From a virus (lineage: Duplodnaviria > Caudoviricetes): a stretch of DNA of 25,513 nt. This document shows, one piece after another, positions 24,646-25,513 of this stretch. Where the stretch lies: IMG/VR virus record IMGVR_UViG_3300005805_000438, positions 1 to 25,513 of that record, one strand, 5' to 3'. Within the stretch, counting starts at the first letter, position 1. Every line of letters begins with the position of its first letter. The translations under genes were made by a program, and so were the position numbers. The notes under the pieces are model-generated. The model ran no database searches. It was given only the letters and a program-made list of their open reading frames with translations, and was not told where the DNA came from.

Positions 24646-24851
24646 ACGTCACCATTTTTCCTGATAAATTCAGCGCAATCTAACAGGGCCTCAATGCAGA
24701 TTTCTAGATGTCCGTCAGTGGCATCAGCTTCTGTTTTACAGATCTCTGAGCAAGACTCACACGCATACTTCCATACATATCTGGCATTGTTTCTGCCGAT
24801 TGTTAGCTGTTCTTTGTGGCTTAGTGTGGCCCACCATTGGTCAAAAGTCAT
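24642..24851 (-). CDS. Hypothetical protein
   Basis: Start MTFDQWW at 24851 after AAGGGG, ATGA overlap with the upstream gene; ACESCSEIC...CAEFIR. Confidence 0.7.
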   Translation of the reverse strand: MTFDQWWATLSHKEQLTIGRNNARYVWKYACESCSEICKTEADATDGHLEICIEALLDCAEFIRKNGDV

Positions 24852-25063
24852 GTGTTCCCCCTTGCTCGGATGGCGTCCGACACCATTTGCCGCACAGACC
24901 AATCAGCACCTTTATTGATTAAAGCCTTCCATGCACGCTCTGATGCGGCCTCACGCTCTGCGGCAGCGACAAGGGCGGCGAATTGACGCAAGCATTTGTT
25001 CTCACCATCAAAGCCAAAGAGCCCAGCCTCCCGCGCCATGCGGGTGATGTCATCTTTGGTCAT
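24848..25063 (-). CDS. Hypothetical protein (MAREAG...FAALVAAAEREA...AIRARG type)
   Basis: GGAGA RBS; small-gene motif that I recall from phage accessory regions. Confidence 0.75.
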   Translation of the reverse strand: MTKDDITRMAREAGLFGFDGENKCLRQFAALVAAAEREAASERAWKALINKGADWSVRQMVSDAIRARGNT

Positions 25064-25441
25064 TTAAATCTCCAGCCGATCAATCAAACTCATGATGTTC
25101 TTGCTGGCGTAGTCGAGTCGGCGGTTGAACGTATGCAGTGTGCTTGCCATAGGGGACATCGACTTGGTCAGGCCATCGCTCTCAGCTTTGCCGGGTTCTT
25201 CACGCAGCACCATATGCAGACGGGACTCCAGCGTGTCAATGGCATTCATCAAAAAATGGATGTGGTTCTCCATGTGCCCCATCTGATCTTGTATGTTGCC
25301 CAGCGTCAGAGCCTCGGGCCTACCACCTTGAATCGCACCGCGTTTTTGTTCCATCATTTTTTCCTCTTTCATGCACTCAGGCATTTGGTTGTTCCAGTTG
25401 CGCCCAAGTCGGGCCGGGTCGTCATAGTTCATGCTGCTCAT
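25064..25441 (-). CDS. Coiled-coil hypothetical protein
   Basis: GAGGAG RBS and ATGA overlap; heptad pattern; stop abuts the next start. Confidence 0.7.
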   Translation of the reverse strand: MSSMNYDDPARLGRNWNNQMPECMKEEKMMEQKRGAIQGGRPEALTLGNIQDQMGHMENHIHFLMNAIDTLESRLHMVLREEPGKAESDGLTKSMSPMASTLHTFNRRLDYASKNIMSLIDRLEI

Positions 25442-25512
25442 TGCGGGTTCTCCTCTTCATCAAACGACATATCTGGCGGGTGCGGTATGTCGTCATGCAC
25501 GATCACCCCATC
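25438..25512 (-). CDS. 3' end of a gene entering from beyond the window
   Basis: ...DGVIVHDDIPHPPDMSFDEEENPQ* with ATGA overlap at 25438-25441. Confidence 0.5.
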   Translation of the reverse strand, partial: DGVIVHDDIPHPPDMSFDEEENPQ

Positions 25513-25513
25513 G

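Noticed and set aside
1-25513. tRNA, rRNA, CRISPR array, integrase/att site
   Set aside because: No cloverleaf, rRNA, repeat-spacer array or recombinase recognised by eye; tRNAscan/Infernal were not run.

Overview
The window is the packaging, virion and lysis arm of a dsDNA tailed phage with podovirus-type architecture; no tape measure, sheath or tail-tube genes are visible. On the + strand the order is: a structured non-coding leader, small and large terminase, portal, a fibre/appendage and membrane-protein cluster, scaffold, major capsid, five tiny basic proteins missed or partly missed by the ORF track, tail adaptor, tail nozzle, a second fibre, a cupin-like protein, three ejection proteins, holin and a GH24 endolysin. 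A convergent block of small minus-strand genes fills the right end. The standout feature is a 490-nt AT-rich endonuclease VII element inserted into the 5' end of the nozzle gene. It uses the first 18 codons of that gene as its own N-terminus and ends with a synonymously recoded replacement of the same 18 codons, so the essential gene stays intact without splicing. Other points of interest are a candidate ncRNA/packaging region with possible divergent promoters, a gene fully overlapped by two neighbours in three reading frames, an 18-residue helical repeat array in an ejection protein, and a motif shared by both termini of another ejection protein. All family calls come from motif recognition and gene order, not database searches.
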